Source of the DNA: Lama guanicoe
Taxonomy: Eukaryota
NCBI GenBank assembly: GCA_013239625.1
Contig: MU053557.1
Span: 4,556,123-4,620,122 of the forward strand
DNA length: 64,000 nt
Direction of reading: 5' to 3'
A program made the position numbers and the translations under genes. Below are positions 25,134-37,815 of this stretch, piece after piece (the first letter of the stretch is position 1; each line of letters opens with the position of its first letter). A model generated the notes under the pieces. It ran no database searches. It had not been told where the DNA came from and worked only from the letters and a program-made list of their open reading frames with translations.

Positions 25134-27740
25134 ATGAATTAAGGCCACAGACCTGCCACTTTCTGCACTTCACCCTGGGATGTGGTGGGAGACCATCCAC
25201 CCGCATTGCTCATGGCTGAACCCTGCCTCAGCATCTCATTCGTTCATGATATAGTCAAGCTCCCAAGTAAGAAAAGCTGTTACCAGCTCATGAGTGTGGA
25301 GCTGAGCTGAACAACTGCTGACTAGATCAAAGCAAGAGTGAAAATGCTGCTCTCAACAGCACCGTCTCTCAGGCAACAAAGCCAGTTCTTCCCTTCACCC
25401 TGTCTTTTCCTTGAGGCTGCATGGTCCCCACTTTCCTGGGAAATGCAGAAGGGGTTAAATGTAAAGGTCAGAGAGAGACCATTAAATGAAATTTCTTTAT
25501 AGTTAGGCAATTTGAGGGAGAAATCTAGGGACAGGTGATACAATGTTGAGAAACCATGAAGCAAGGCTGACTCTAGTCAGAAGGAAGCTTGTACCACTGT
25601 TACAACAAGTCCGTTGTGAGTCATTAAGAAAATCACAGAATTGCTAAGGGATGGGAAGTGGGGTTGAAGGAATGTCAGGGGGCTGGAAGAAAATGATCAC
25701 AACAACAGATCTTTATGCCCACCCTGCTAGGTTCCAAGCTTGGCTAAAACTAACTTTCCTACTAAGGTGTTGGCATAGAAGTAAAGAATTTTCAAACTGG
25801 AAGATTTTTTAGAAAGTATCCAGTCTAGAATATATCTAGATACATTTTAAAGCCCCATCTAGACCTAGAGAGACACTTTTTAAGTTCAGAATCATTTTTT
25901 TAAAGAGATACAACTTGGGACTTAATAATTAATAACAAAAATCACTAACTGAGTGCTTATTTTGAACCAGGCACTGACATGAGTGCTTCATGTATATTAT
26001 CTCATTTAATCCTCACAACAGCCCTTTGAGGCAGCACTGTTACTGTTTCTTTGTTACAGACGGAGAAAGTGAGGCACAGAGCGATGAAATGCTTGCCAGA
26101 GTCACACTGCCGGGCTGTCGTAGGGCAGGGCACAAGAAGAGCAAGGTAGAGGACAGGGTGTAGAGTGGGGAAGGGGTCAGCAACCCTGTCACTTTCCTTC
26201 TCTCCCACAGCTCAGAGGACCCTGTTTGAAAACACCCGATAAAGAAAACCAGAGGATAAACTGAATCACTCAAGGTCAAGGTAGGATAAACTGTGACGAA
26301 GATTAATATTTTAATGCGTATTTAGCTTTAAAGATAGGGAAATCTGTGGGAGCCAAAAACAAGCGCTGAATTCAAAGCCGTGTGAGCATGCCAGAGCAGA
26401 TGCCATGGGGATCCCATGAAACCATGGGGTGGGAAGTGGGGTTGAAGGAATGTCAGGCGGCTGGAAGAAAACATGGCCCTCAGGCCTGGGCTGGCCTTCT
26501 AATGCCCACCCCTGTGCCCCTTACAGCGATGACCTGGGGCCTCTGTAAGGCAGGAGCGCAGGACTTGTGCTCCCTGCATGAAGCTTGAAGCCTGAAAATG
26601 TTGCTTTTCCATCACAAAGAAATTGGAAAAACTTCCTTCTGCCTTCAGAGGACACCCTGAAGAAGCCGTGCATCTGTGAGAAAAAATCAAACCCCCAGAC
26701 TCACTCCTTGAGAAGGTGTAGGATCTGAATTTACTCCTAATTCCTCAGGAATCCCAGTCAGGGAAGTTGGTGACAAAAATTGGCCCTTGGATGTTGATTC
26801 TCTAGAAAGGCAACAGACACAATTGGAAAAACTACTCTATAAGGATAGTGCAGGGCTCATGAGAAGCCCATTTTTTCAAATGTTGAAGACTAGTTCAGAG
26901 TAGTTCATAATTAAAGAGATATGAATCACTCGAGGAAATTAATTACCTGGAGAGGAAACCAGCAGATGCAACTAGACAGTGAATTAGAATTGCAAGAATG
27001 GGAATAAAAGAACTGGAAATGAAAGTTTTAGAATAAGTATGTTAAAATAATTTAAAAGATTTTTTAAAATTAGGAACTGTACTGAAAGAATAGAGCATTA
27101 TGGGCAGACAAATTTAATAAATACCTAAATACAGCTCCTAGAAACAAACAAACAAACAAAAAATATTGCAATCCAGGACTCACTGGATAGGTTAAACAAA
27201 AGAGTCAACACAGCAGAGGAAAAAAATCACTGAACCTGAACACAGATCTGCAGAAATCACCTGGAATGTAGCTGGAGAAACAAGGTAGAAACTACGAAAG
27301 AATTAACTATGCAAGACAGAGAATAGAATGAGAAGTCGAACATGATCTAGCAGAACTTCCAAAGGGAGAGACTGAAAGGGAGTCAGTATTCACAGGGAAA
27401 ATGACTGAGAATATTCCAGAGTGACAACATGAATCTTCAGGCTGAAAAAGCTCATTAAGTTCTCAAGAGGGCAAATAAAACTAAAATATGATTTCTGTTT
27501 CTCTCAAGGTTTTATCCATTCTGATTTTTCCCCCAATCCTCATTTCTGGGTTTGATTTCCATTTCACTTAAGTGTCCAGTTTTATAGAATGAAAGAATTA
27601 AATCAAAACACAAGGACATAAATTAATAAAATAAAAAAACAGAATATAGGAAGAAGGAAATAACAATGATGAATGATAAAATCAATGAAATATTTCTGTG
27701 TTTTAAGGACTCATTTTCAACCTGCTGCTGTTATAGAATT

Positions 27741-29191
27741 TAAAAATAAAATTTTATTGAAGTATAGTCAGTTTACAATGTTGTATCAGTTTCTGGTGTA
27801 CAGCATAATGTTTCAGTCATACATTCTTTTTTTATAGGCTACTACAAGATATTTAATACAGTTCCCTGTGCTCTACAGTAGAAATTTGTTGTCTATCTAT
27901 TTTATATATGTCAGTTAGTATCTGCAAATTTTAAACTCCCAATTTATCCCTTCCTACCTCCTTCCCCACCTGGTAATCATTATTTTGTTTTCTATGTCTG
28001 TGAGTCTGTTTCTGTTTTGTAAATAAGTTCATTTGTGTCTTTTTTTTAAGATGCCAAATATAAGTGCTATCATATGGTATTTTTCTTTCTCTTTCTGGCT
28101 TACTTCACTTAGAATGACAGTCTCCAGGTGCATCCACATTGCAGCAAGTGTCATTATTTTATTCTTTTTTGTGGCTGAGTAGTATTCCATTGTATAAATA
28201 TACCACAGCATCTTTATCCAGTCATCTGTTGATGGACATTTAGGTTGTTTCCTTATCTTGGTTATTGTAAATAGTGCTGCTATGAACATTGGGGTGCATG
28301 TATCTTTTCAAATTAGAGTTCACTTGGAATATATGCCCAGGAGTGGGATTGCTGGATCATATGGTAAATCTATTTTTGTTTTTTAAGGAATCTCCATACT
28401 GTTTTCCATAGTGGCTGCACCAGAATACATTCCCTTCTGCCAACAGTGTAGAAGGATTCCCTCTCCAGCCTTCATTTCTAGCCTTTTTAATGATAGCCAT
28501 TCTGACTGGTGTGAGGTAATACCTCATTGTAGTTTTGATTTGCCTTTCTCTGATAAATAGTGATATTTAGCATTTTTCGTGTGCCTATTGGCCATTTGTA
28601 TGTCTTCATTGGAGAATTGCTTGTTTAAGTTTTCTGCCCATTTTTGGATTGGGTTGTTTATTTATTTTTTTGTTATTAAGTTGTATATGATTAAGGAAAT
28701 TAAAGATGATTCAAAGAAATGGAAAGTTATCGCATGTTCTTGGTTTGGAAGAATAAATATTGTTAAAATGGCCATACTACCCAAAGCAATCTACACATTT
28801 AATGTGATCCCTATCAAATTACCTAGGACATTTTTCACAGAACTAGAACAAATAATCCTAAAATTTGTATGGAATGACAAAAGACCCAGAATTGCCAAAG
28901 CAATACTGAAGATAAAGAACAAAGCTGGAGAAATAACCCTCCCAGATTTCAGAGAATACTACAGAGCTACAGTAGTCAAAACAGCGTGGTGTTGGTACAG
29001 AAACAGACATATGGATCAATAGAACAGAATAGAGAGCCCAGAAATAGACCCATAGACTTTTGGTCAATTACTCTTCAACAAAGGAGGCAAGAACATACAA
29101 TGGAGAAAAAAACAGTCTCTTCAGCAAGTGGTGTTGGAAGAACTGGACAGCTGCATGTAAATTAGTGAAGTTAGAACTCTCCCTCACACAG
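27741..29191 (-). mobile_element. Relatively young 5'-inverted L1 (antisense 27741-~28687, inverted sense piece ~28688-29191)
   Basis: Minus ORF MFIAALFTITK..QPKCPSTDDWIK. The plus ORF switches to [28 protein letters not shown] at ~28688. Degenerate TSD tgctgctgt..gaatt at 27723 and 29192. Confidence 0.88.
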
Positions 29192-32100
29192 TGCTGCTGT
29201 GGAATTAGTTACTGATGCTGGACTCTGCTTGCTTCGCTAACACAGGCTACTTTCCATGTGCAGATCAGAAGTCCCCTTCTGGCGCAGTTTTACTCTCAAT
29301 GTACTACCTGGATGGTCAGAAATGCCTTCTGGAGGGAAGCTGGAGGAGATACACCAGCACAGGGAGGGAAGCTGTGGGAAGAGGATGGAGACTTCAGCAA
29401 ATGCTGGACCACTTTCAGAAACCTGACACCAAATGAACACAGACTAAAAGTGACACCTAGTGGCTCAGTCACCAGCACAGCACACAGGGATGATGTCCAG
29501 GACTTCCACACCCTGGCTGCTGCTTGTAGCAGCTTGTTTGTAGGGTTTTCCTTTGATTGCTGCACTTCATGGATGTCTGTATTCTAGAGGGTGCTTTGAG
29601 GGTGTGAATAAGCCAGTCCTCCTCTCCTCCCATCCCTCCCTGTCTCCTGCTCACTTTCCCCTTCCCTACTGACCGTGCAATCCCTGGTGCATGGGGTCCC
29701 ACAGGGGACCACTGTGCAAGTAAGGAGAAGGTCTCATGTCACCACTGCGATATGGGGATGACGTTCTTTAGGACGAGTGTGCCTCTTACTACTAAGCCAG
29801 CTAAAATGTGATGATCAGATTAATTTAGTAGTACCAGGCTGTTGAAATTCAGGGTCGGGTATAAGATGCTGGGGTGCCAGTGTAGACAAGCTATTCTATC
29901 ACAAGAAGGTCTCAGTGAGGCCTGATTAGGTCTGCCTCACTTCTGCACACAGGACTGAACTTATCTTTCTAAACTCTTTAGCAATTGCCAATTTAAGAGA
30001 TTGTTCTGCATAAAATGGTAGCTAAGATGCAAAACCCCATAAGAGCATTATAGAATCTAACACCACTCCCACCATTCAATTAAAATTGTGTCTCACTCAC
30101 CACCAGTAGTAACCACAACAATAAGAAGAACTAATGTATATTGATCATAAACACGCGCTATGCCTGGCACCATTCTGAATGCTTTACATGTATTAGGTCA
30201 GTTACACTTACGACAATCCTATTAGGTGAATACTAATGTTATACACATTTTATAGATGAGAAAACTGAGGCATAGAGAGCTAAACTAATGTGTCCAGAGT
30301 CACTGAGCTCATAAGCTAATGCAGACACATGATGTTCTCACGTGGCCCCAGGGTGCCTTTGAGGCAGCCTGGCTCTGAAACTCTGTAAACCATTAAGCTG
30401 CACTGTCTCCGAATGTCCTCCATCAGCCAGTCCCAAAGGCCTTTCCTCAGTCCACCCTGCTTTCCTCTCTGGGGCCTGCAACAGTGTTAACCATCCCTCA
30501 ACCTCCCCGGTGGCTGGTTCCTTCCTCCCAGCCTGCTGCTGTCTCTCTCGCTCTGTTTCGTTCCTCTGCTCTCCAAACGGAGGCATCCTCCAAGGTTCTT
30601 CCCCACCAGCCCTATTTTCCATTCTCTTTATTCTTTCTCCCTTTCACCAGGACCGTGGTTGCAGCACTCAGTGGATTTAACTAATGTCAGGACCCTGGGG
30701 TTCCAGACCCAAGGCTCAGCCCTTTCACTCCTGGGGTCTTCACCTTCCCCCGTAGGAAAATGAGGGGATGGTTCTTACCCTGGCTGCACACTAGCCCCAC
30801 CTGGTGGTGGGATTAGAAGGCCATGAGAAGGTTAGGGGTGGGAGCAGCTAGGCCATTTCTAGAATGAATGTGCTTTCCTGAGCAGCAGTTTGGAGATGTA
30901 AGTTGTTTTGAAATTGTCTTCACGCTTCTTAACATATTAGGGGGCTCTTCAAACGCTTACTGATGTGTCCAGGCCAAGTTGCTCCAGACTTAGAAAGCTG
31001 AGTGCAGTTTCCTGGTATCCTCCTTAAAGGTCTCCTGCCTTGGGCTCAAATCCCCATAAAACGGACTACACACAGCCCACGCAAAAGCCAGCATTTACTC
31101 CAACATCCATGTTTGCCCTACCTTCTTCCTCATCCCGTGTCCAGTAAGATTTCTTCTTTATAGAAAAGCAGGCTGAAACCTATGAAATTCTAATAATGTC
31201 TAGTCCTTCAGCACACTTATAAACATGGCTTATCTGTAGTGATACTCCCCTCCTTCTAGGCTTGCTCTCTAAGAAGCAAACACCTGTTTCATTCTGTTCT
31301 GGCTATTTTTGGTCCAGATTTGGCCCTTGGATATGTACTATCACAGTGCTTCTTGTGCACATTAATGTGGAAATAAATTGTCTGAAATTGTCTTAAATGC
31401 GAGTTCAGTTTTCAGCTGTTCTTAGGTGTAGTCTGAAATTCTACATTCCTCCCAGGTCACGCTGAGGTTTCTGGTCTATGGACCACAGTTTGAATAGTGA
31501 GGGTCCGTAATGTTCACTGGAGGGGACGCTTAGTGTGGAGAACAAAGGATCTCCAAGATGACAAGTGGAAAAATCCCTTATTCCTTTCAGCCATGAGCTA
31601 TCTTAACCCTCCATCCTCTGCATAAGGTCGCTTTCTGCATAAATCTGCATGAAGCCAGTATTTCCTGGACGATGTAAAACATTCATCAGATTAAGTGGCA
31701 TCCCCTTGTTTTGCTTGGTTTTGCTTTGTAACCATAACTTCCCTATCATGAGTCGTTCTCCATGGAGAGGGTGGATGAGCCATTTCCTGCCGCGGCAATA
31801 CAGGTGCTGTGCCCCAGTATCCTTCTTTACCCTCTGGAAAACCCTGCTGCCTAAGCCTGCTATAAGCAGACAATTCCCCCGTCTGTTTCCCAAAGCTATG
31901 GCATCGAGTATCTGGAACTTTTATACCCTGGCCTGCTACTGTCTCTTGCTCAAGACAAGTTCCTATTTTCAAGAAGCCATCGAGATTGCACATCTGTCTC
32001 AGTACCTTGCCTTTAGTAGGTGATCAATAACTTTTTTCCAGTTTTGATTGGTTATCTTTATTAGATACCAATAAAGTATCTCCCTGGAGACAGAGAAGCC

Positions 32101-32889
32101 ACATTCTTTACGTGGCATTTCAGAGGAATGGTTAACATTTGCTTTAGATTTATTTACAGACCATTTGGGATATTTCAAAATATCCATGTCCATCTATGTC
32201 CTCTTCAGGGATTTACTTCTTGTAATGTTTAGAGCCAGATTAATTCCTTAATGTCAACTTCTACAGATTGGCTGTGCTGTCTCTTGGGCTGCCTGCTCCG
32301 TGCTTGCCTGAAATTCTGCTTTGAACTGTAGCTAGCCATGGTCTGAATGTCCCTTCTCCTTAAAGCCAGGTCATTTTTATCAAGAATCAGTCAGTTGAAT
32401 CAGCGTGTTACAGGTGACAGAATCTCAATTCAGTGAAGCTCAGCAGAGAGGGAGAGAGAAACTTCAGCCTCTGATCAGAGGAGACACAGTAAAGGAAAAG
32501 ATAATTGAGCTGCGCCTGAAAGGATGCAGACAATCCTAAGTGAAGGTGTGCAGGAGAGCATAAAAGTATTGGGAAAGAAATGGATGAAAACTTGGCAGTC
32601 AAATGTGCAATGTCGGTTTAGCAGATAATACAGAGTCCATGTTAACTGTGGCCAAAAAAATGATATGAAATGGAGTATAATGAGTCATGACATGAGGGTG
32701 AAAATGGCATCCAGACTGTGCAGCGTTTTGTATGTCCGCCTGAAGAGATTTAAATTAACCTTGTAGGAAATGCTGAGTGATGGAAGATTTGTAAGCAAGT
32801 AAATGTCACAAAGTTAATGTCCTTGCACAGATGTGTTTTGTTGTGGTGTCTAGCTCATCTGCAGATGATATATGAGTCTAAGCATGAGT

Positions 32890-35800
32890 AATAATCTTCC
32901 CAAATTTGGTTTACCTTGGTGAATGTACCAAGTACATGAGGAAAAAAATGTCTATTCTATAGTTACAGGATATAGTGTTGCAGAAATATTAATTACGTAA
33001 AATGATTGTGTGATTTACAGGTCATCTTTATTTTTACAGTTTGGGGGTTCCTCCAATTGTGTGCTATTTAATTGTTGAGAGAGGGTGTTAAGATCCCCAA
33101 TTGCGATTATAGAATTTCTATTTCTCCCTTTGATTCTCTCAACTGCTTCGTTGTATATTTTAAAGATCTATTTTTCAGTACATGTATTAATAATGATTAT
33201 ATGTCTTTTTGTGTACAATTTCAGCCACTCCAACCTTATTACACTTACAGCTTACATGATATCTTTTCAATCCAACTGCTTTTACCTTATCTTTGAATTT
33301 AAAGTATGTATCTGGTCAATAGCATACAATTGGGCATTACTGTCTTTACAATCAGTTCTGGCAGTCTCTCTCTTTTAATTAATGTTATTTTACAGTCTAC
33401 TGACCCTTATGGTTTGTATTGAGAAGTCAGTGGCCTTTGGAATTGATACTAAAGAAAAACTATTTATGACAGTTGTTAAAGATGGTAAGGAAGACTTTAT
33501 TCAGGAAGAGTCTACTGCAGTGGGATTTTGCAGGCTCGACTCCAAATGCAACAGGGACAAGTGGAGATTTGTAGCCAAGGAGCAAGGTGGGGTCAGCAAA
33601 TTACTCTATTGTCTGGATGTGCCACAGTTTGTTCACCTCCTGAAGGACATCCTGGTTGCTTCCACGTTTTGGCAATTATGAATAAACCTGCTGTAAACAT
33701 CCTTGTGCAGGTTTTTGTGTGAGCATACTTTTTTGATTCCTTTGGGTTAACGCTAAGAAGTGTAATTGCTAGATCATATGGTAAGAGTATGTTTAGTTTT
33801 GTAAGAAGCTGCCAAATTGTCTTCCAAAGTGGTTGTACTATTTGCATTCTCACTAGCAATGTATGAGTGTTCCTGTTGCTCCACGTTCCCTCTAGCATTT
33901 GGTGTTGTCAGTGTTCTGGATTTGGGGCATTCGAATTGGTGTGTAGTGGTATTAATTTGCATTTCTCTGATGATGTATCATGTGGAGCATCTTTTCATAT
34001 GCTTATTTGCCATCTGTGTGTCTTCTTTGGTGAAGTGTCCATTAAGGTCTTTGGACCATTTTTAATTGGGTTGTTTGTTTTCTTATTGTTGAGTTTTAAG
34101 TGTTATTTGTATATTTGGGATAACAATCCTTTATCAGATGTGTCTTTTGCAAATATTTCTTTTTAGCCTCTGGCTTGTCTCTTCATTCTCTTGGCAATGT
34201 CTTTTCTGGAGGCAGAAGTTTTTAACTTAATGAAGTTTGGCTTATTATTCATTTCTTCTATGGATCATGTCTTTGGTATTGAATCTAAAAAGGCATCTCA
34301 ATACCCAAAGTCTTGTCGGTCTTCTCCTAGGTTCTCTGCTCGGAGTTCTGTAGTTACACATTTAACGCCTAAGTCTATGATCCATTTTGAGTTAATTAAT
34401 GGGAAGATTATAAAGTCTATACCTAGAATAGACACAGGTCTAGATGTTCAGTGGTTCCAGCTCCATTTGTTGAAAAGACTACTTTCCCTCCACTGTACTG
34501 CCTTTGCTCCTTTGTCAAAGATCGGTTGACTGTATTTATGAGAGTCTTATTTCCTGGGCTCTCTATTCTGTTCCATTGATATATTTGTCTTTTCTTTCAC
34601 CAGTACCAAACTGTTTTGATTACTGTAGCTTTATAGTGAACCTTGAAGTCAGGCAGTGTCAGTTCTCCAACTTTGTTATTCTTCTTCAATATTGTATTGG
34701 CTGTTCTTAATCATTTGCGCCTCTATATAAACTTTAGAGTCAATTTGTCGATATCCTTAAAATAACTTGCTAGAATTTTGATTGGGATTCTGCTGAATCT
34801 GTAGATCAAGTTCAGAAGAACTGACATCTTGACGCTATTGAATCTTCCTATGCATGAACACAGAATCTCTCTCCATTTATTTAGTTCTTCTTTGACTTTA
34901 TTCATCAGACTTTTATAGACTTTCTCATATAGATCTGGTACACGTAAATATTTCACATTGGAGGTACTAATATAAATGGTATTGTGGTTTTAATTTCAAA
35001 TTCCACTTGTTCATTGTTGGCATTTAGAAAAGCCATTGACTTTTGTATGTTAACCTTATATCTTACAACCCTGCTGAAATTGCTTATTAGTTCCAGGAGT
35101 TTCTATTGATTCTTTTCAGTTGTCTATGTAGATGATCATATCATCTGTGAACAGTGTCTTCAGTCTCACTTCCCAATCTGTATACCTTTTGCCTCCTTTT
35201 CTTGCCTTATCGCATCATGAAGGACTTCTAAAATTAATAGTTCAGTTAATGTTATCATGGTCTATTTTTCTCCACCCATTTACTTTTAATCTACATGTGT
35301 CTTTCTATTTAAAGTGGGCTTGTTGTAGACAATGTGTAGTTGGGTCATTTTTTTTAATCAATTCTGTCTTTAATTGGTACATGTAGACAATTGAAATTTA
35401 AAGCAACTATTGATATATTTAAATTAATGTCTACCATATTTGTTACTGTTTCTACTTGCTCTCTTTATTCTTTGGTCCTATTTATGTCTTCCACTCTTTT
35501 TCTACCTCTTGTGGTTTTAACTGAGCATTTTATATGATTTCATTTTCTCTTCTTTCTTAGCATATCAGTTATACATCTGTTTTGTTTTTAGTGGGTTCCC
35601 TAGAGTTTGCAGTATACACCTACAACTAATCCAAGTCCACTTTCAAATACACTATACCACTTCACAGGTAATGTGAACACCTTATAATAATAAAATAATC
35701 CTGTTAAAAAACAAAATTCAACTGGATAAATTTGAAGATTCCATTGAAAAAAAGGAACAAAGAACAAATGGAAACAAAAAAACATAATGACAAGATGATA

Positions 35801-37105
35801 GAGTTAAACCCAACCGAGTAATAATTACATTAAATGAAAATGGCCTAAACTCTCCATTTAAGGGGGAGGATATAGCTCAGTGGTAGAGCACATGCTTAGC
35901 ATGTACGAGGTCCTGGGTTCAATCCCCAGTACCGCCATTAAATGAATAAATGAATAAGTGAATGAATGAATAAATAAATAAATAAATAAAACTAATCACC
36001 CTCATTTAAAATTCAGAGATTGCCTGATTGAAGAAAGGAACCTAGATACATAAATATAAAGACATAACTAGGATAGAAGTAAAAGGATGAAAAAGGAAAT
36101 GCTATTTAAATATCAAAGGAAAGTTGGCATGCCTGTAGTACCATCAGTTCAGTAAGCTTCAGAGCAAGGAATATAACCAGGAATAAATAGGGATACTTCC
36201 TAATAATAAAGGAGTTAATTCATTAAAAAGACATACAATATTAGAAGTGTGTGCAGCTAACAGCACAGCTTAAAATACACGAGGCAATAAGTAACAAAAC
36301 TGAAAGAACTAGAAAACAATCTACCATTTTAGTTGGATATTTCAGCAGTTCTCTTTCAGTAATTAATAGAACATTAGACCAGAAAAAAAAAATCAGTAAG
36401 GATACAGAAGACTTGAACAACGCTTTTAATCAACTTGACCTAGTTGAATTTTATATAACAATGCCCTCCCCCAATCAAAATAGACGTTCCTTTCAAATGC
36501 ATGTGAAACATTCACCAAGAAAGTACATATTCTGGGACAAAAAAACAAATATCAAGTTACTTGAAGGATTGAAAGCATACGAGTAGGTTCTCTGAAGACA
36601 GAGGAATTAAATTAGAAATTAATCAAAGAGATGTACCTGGAAAATCCCCGAATATGTGCAAATTAAATAGAACACTCCTAAATAACTCAGGGGATGTAGG
36701 AGAAATCATGAAGGAAACTAGAAAATAGTCCGAATGTAATACAACCTGTCAAAATTTGGGAATGCAACAAAAGCAGTGCTTTAGAAAGGGAACTTTATAA
36801 CATTAGGTGCTTATATGAGAAGAAAAGAAAGTCTCAAATCAATTACCTAAGCAAGTCAAATTAAGCAAAAAGTAAGGAGAAGGAAGAAAGAAAATAGTAC
36901 AAGTAAGAGCAGAAATCAAATAGAAGTTGAACAAATAAATAGATGTTAACTAAACTTACTGCGATGATCATTTCACAATATATGTAAGTCAAATAGTTGT
37001 GCTGTGCACAGACTTATACAGCATTGTGTGTCCATTTTATCTCAGTAAAACTGGGGCAAAATAGAGAATATCAACAAAACCAAAGAACTATTTCTTTGGA
37101 AAAAC
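32890..37105. mobile_element. Nested L1 cluster (antisense ~32.9-35.7 kb, sense ~35.75-37.1 kb) with small LTR-like pieces
   Basis: Minus ORFs RMFTAGLFIIAKTWKQPGCPS and KWREILCSCIGRFNSVKMSVL; plus ORF KKKISKDTEDLNNAFNQLDL. Confidence 0.85.
35862..36002 (+). mobile_element. Camelid Vic-1-like tRNA-derived SINE
   Basis: ggggaggatatagctcagtggtagagcacatgcttagcatgtacgaggtcctgggttcaatcccc carries A and B boxes, then (TAAA)n. Flanked by catttaa on both sides. Confidence 0.85.
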
Positions 37106-37288
37106 AGGCTCTACATCCCTCTGACCCAGGGATGCAGAGATAGCCACCTCTGTCTGCACCACCCTTTCAGGGCTGAGGTACCAACTGCCATCGGCCTGAA
37201 TGGTGTTGGGGGGGCACCTTGCTAACGATGTCCCTCCTCCAACTCCTGCCAGAAACATGAGGGACTCGAAGTCCTTCTCAAAGCACAG
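37106..37288 (-). pseudogene. Decayed SH3TC2 exon 1 / 5'UTR: ATG changed to AGA (37151-37149), splice donor lost to L1
   Basis: AGA GGT GGC TAT CTC TGC ATC CCT GGG (RGGYLCIPG) aligns with ATG GGT GGC TGC TTC TGC ATC TCG GGG. Collinear with 11070-11241 at ~70%. Confidence 0.88.
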
Positions 37289-37815
37289 TGCAGCCTTTGA
37301 TATCTTGGCTGCAGCAGGAGGCCCAGGGAGGATGGGAGGGGCAGCCCAGCCCTCAGGACCCATAGTCCTTGCACTGTCAGGCCTCTGACTAGGGAGCAGA
37401 GCTCCTCCCTGCCTCTCTGCAGATCACTTATGCCTATCAGGCTGTGGCACATTCCACACATTCTAGGATTGAGACACACAGTATGGTTCTTGTCGGGGTG
37501 GTCAGGGTGGGGGAGGAGGGCAGAGAGCATCCCAGGAATCAAACTGCTGTTCTTGCTCCCTCCCTGACTGGCCTGGCCCACACTGACCTGCCTGCCACTG
37601 GGAAAGGGCTCCCCACCCAGCCTCTCTCTGCAAACACCTCCCTTGGTTGTCTGGGTGAAGCTGGAGCTGTGGGCGCAGCGTCTCACCTCACCCCCAGCAG
37701 CATCAGCGAGCCAATCCCCAGTCCTGGCTCCCAAATTCTTGGTCAGAAGGAATCCTAGAAATCACCTGATGTAGCCCAGCATCTTACAGGTGAGAGGATG
37801 GGGGGCCAAGTATGT
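37289..37815 (+). repeat. Near-identical tract 1, copy B: duplicate of the SH3TC2 promoter
   Basis: Direct repeat of 11242-11769. The duplicated ORFs in the supplied track (MAHSTHSRIE.., MGARTGDWLA..) confirm it. Confidence 0.97.

Noticed and set aside
29296..29565. Possible pseudo-exon 3 of SH3TC2 (KLLQAAARVWKS versus PLQEAARRRLWAL)
   Set aside because: Similarity is too weak to accept by eye; needs tBLASTn.
35862..35935. tRNA gene
   Set aside because: The (TAAA)n tail, flanking repeat and a second copy at 46576 indicate a SINE.
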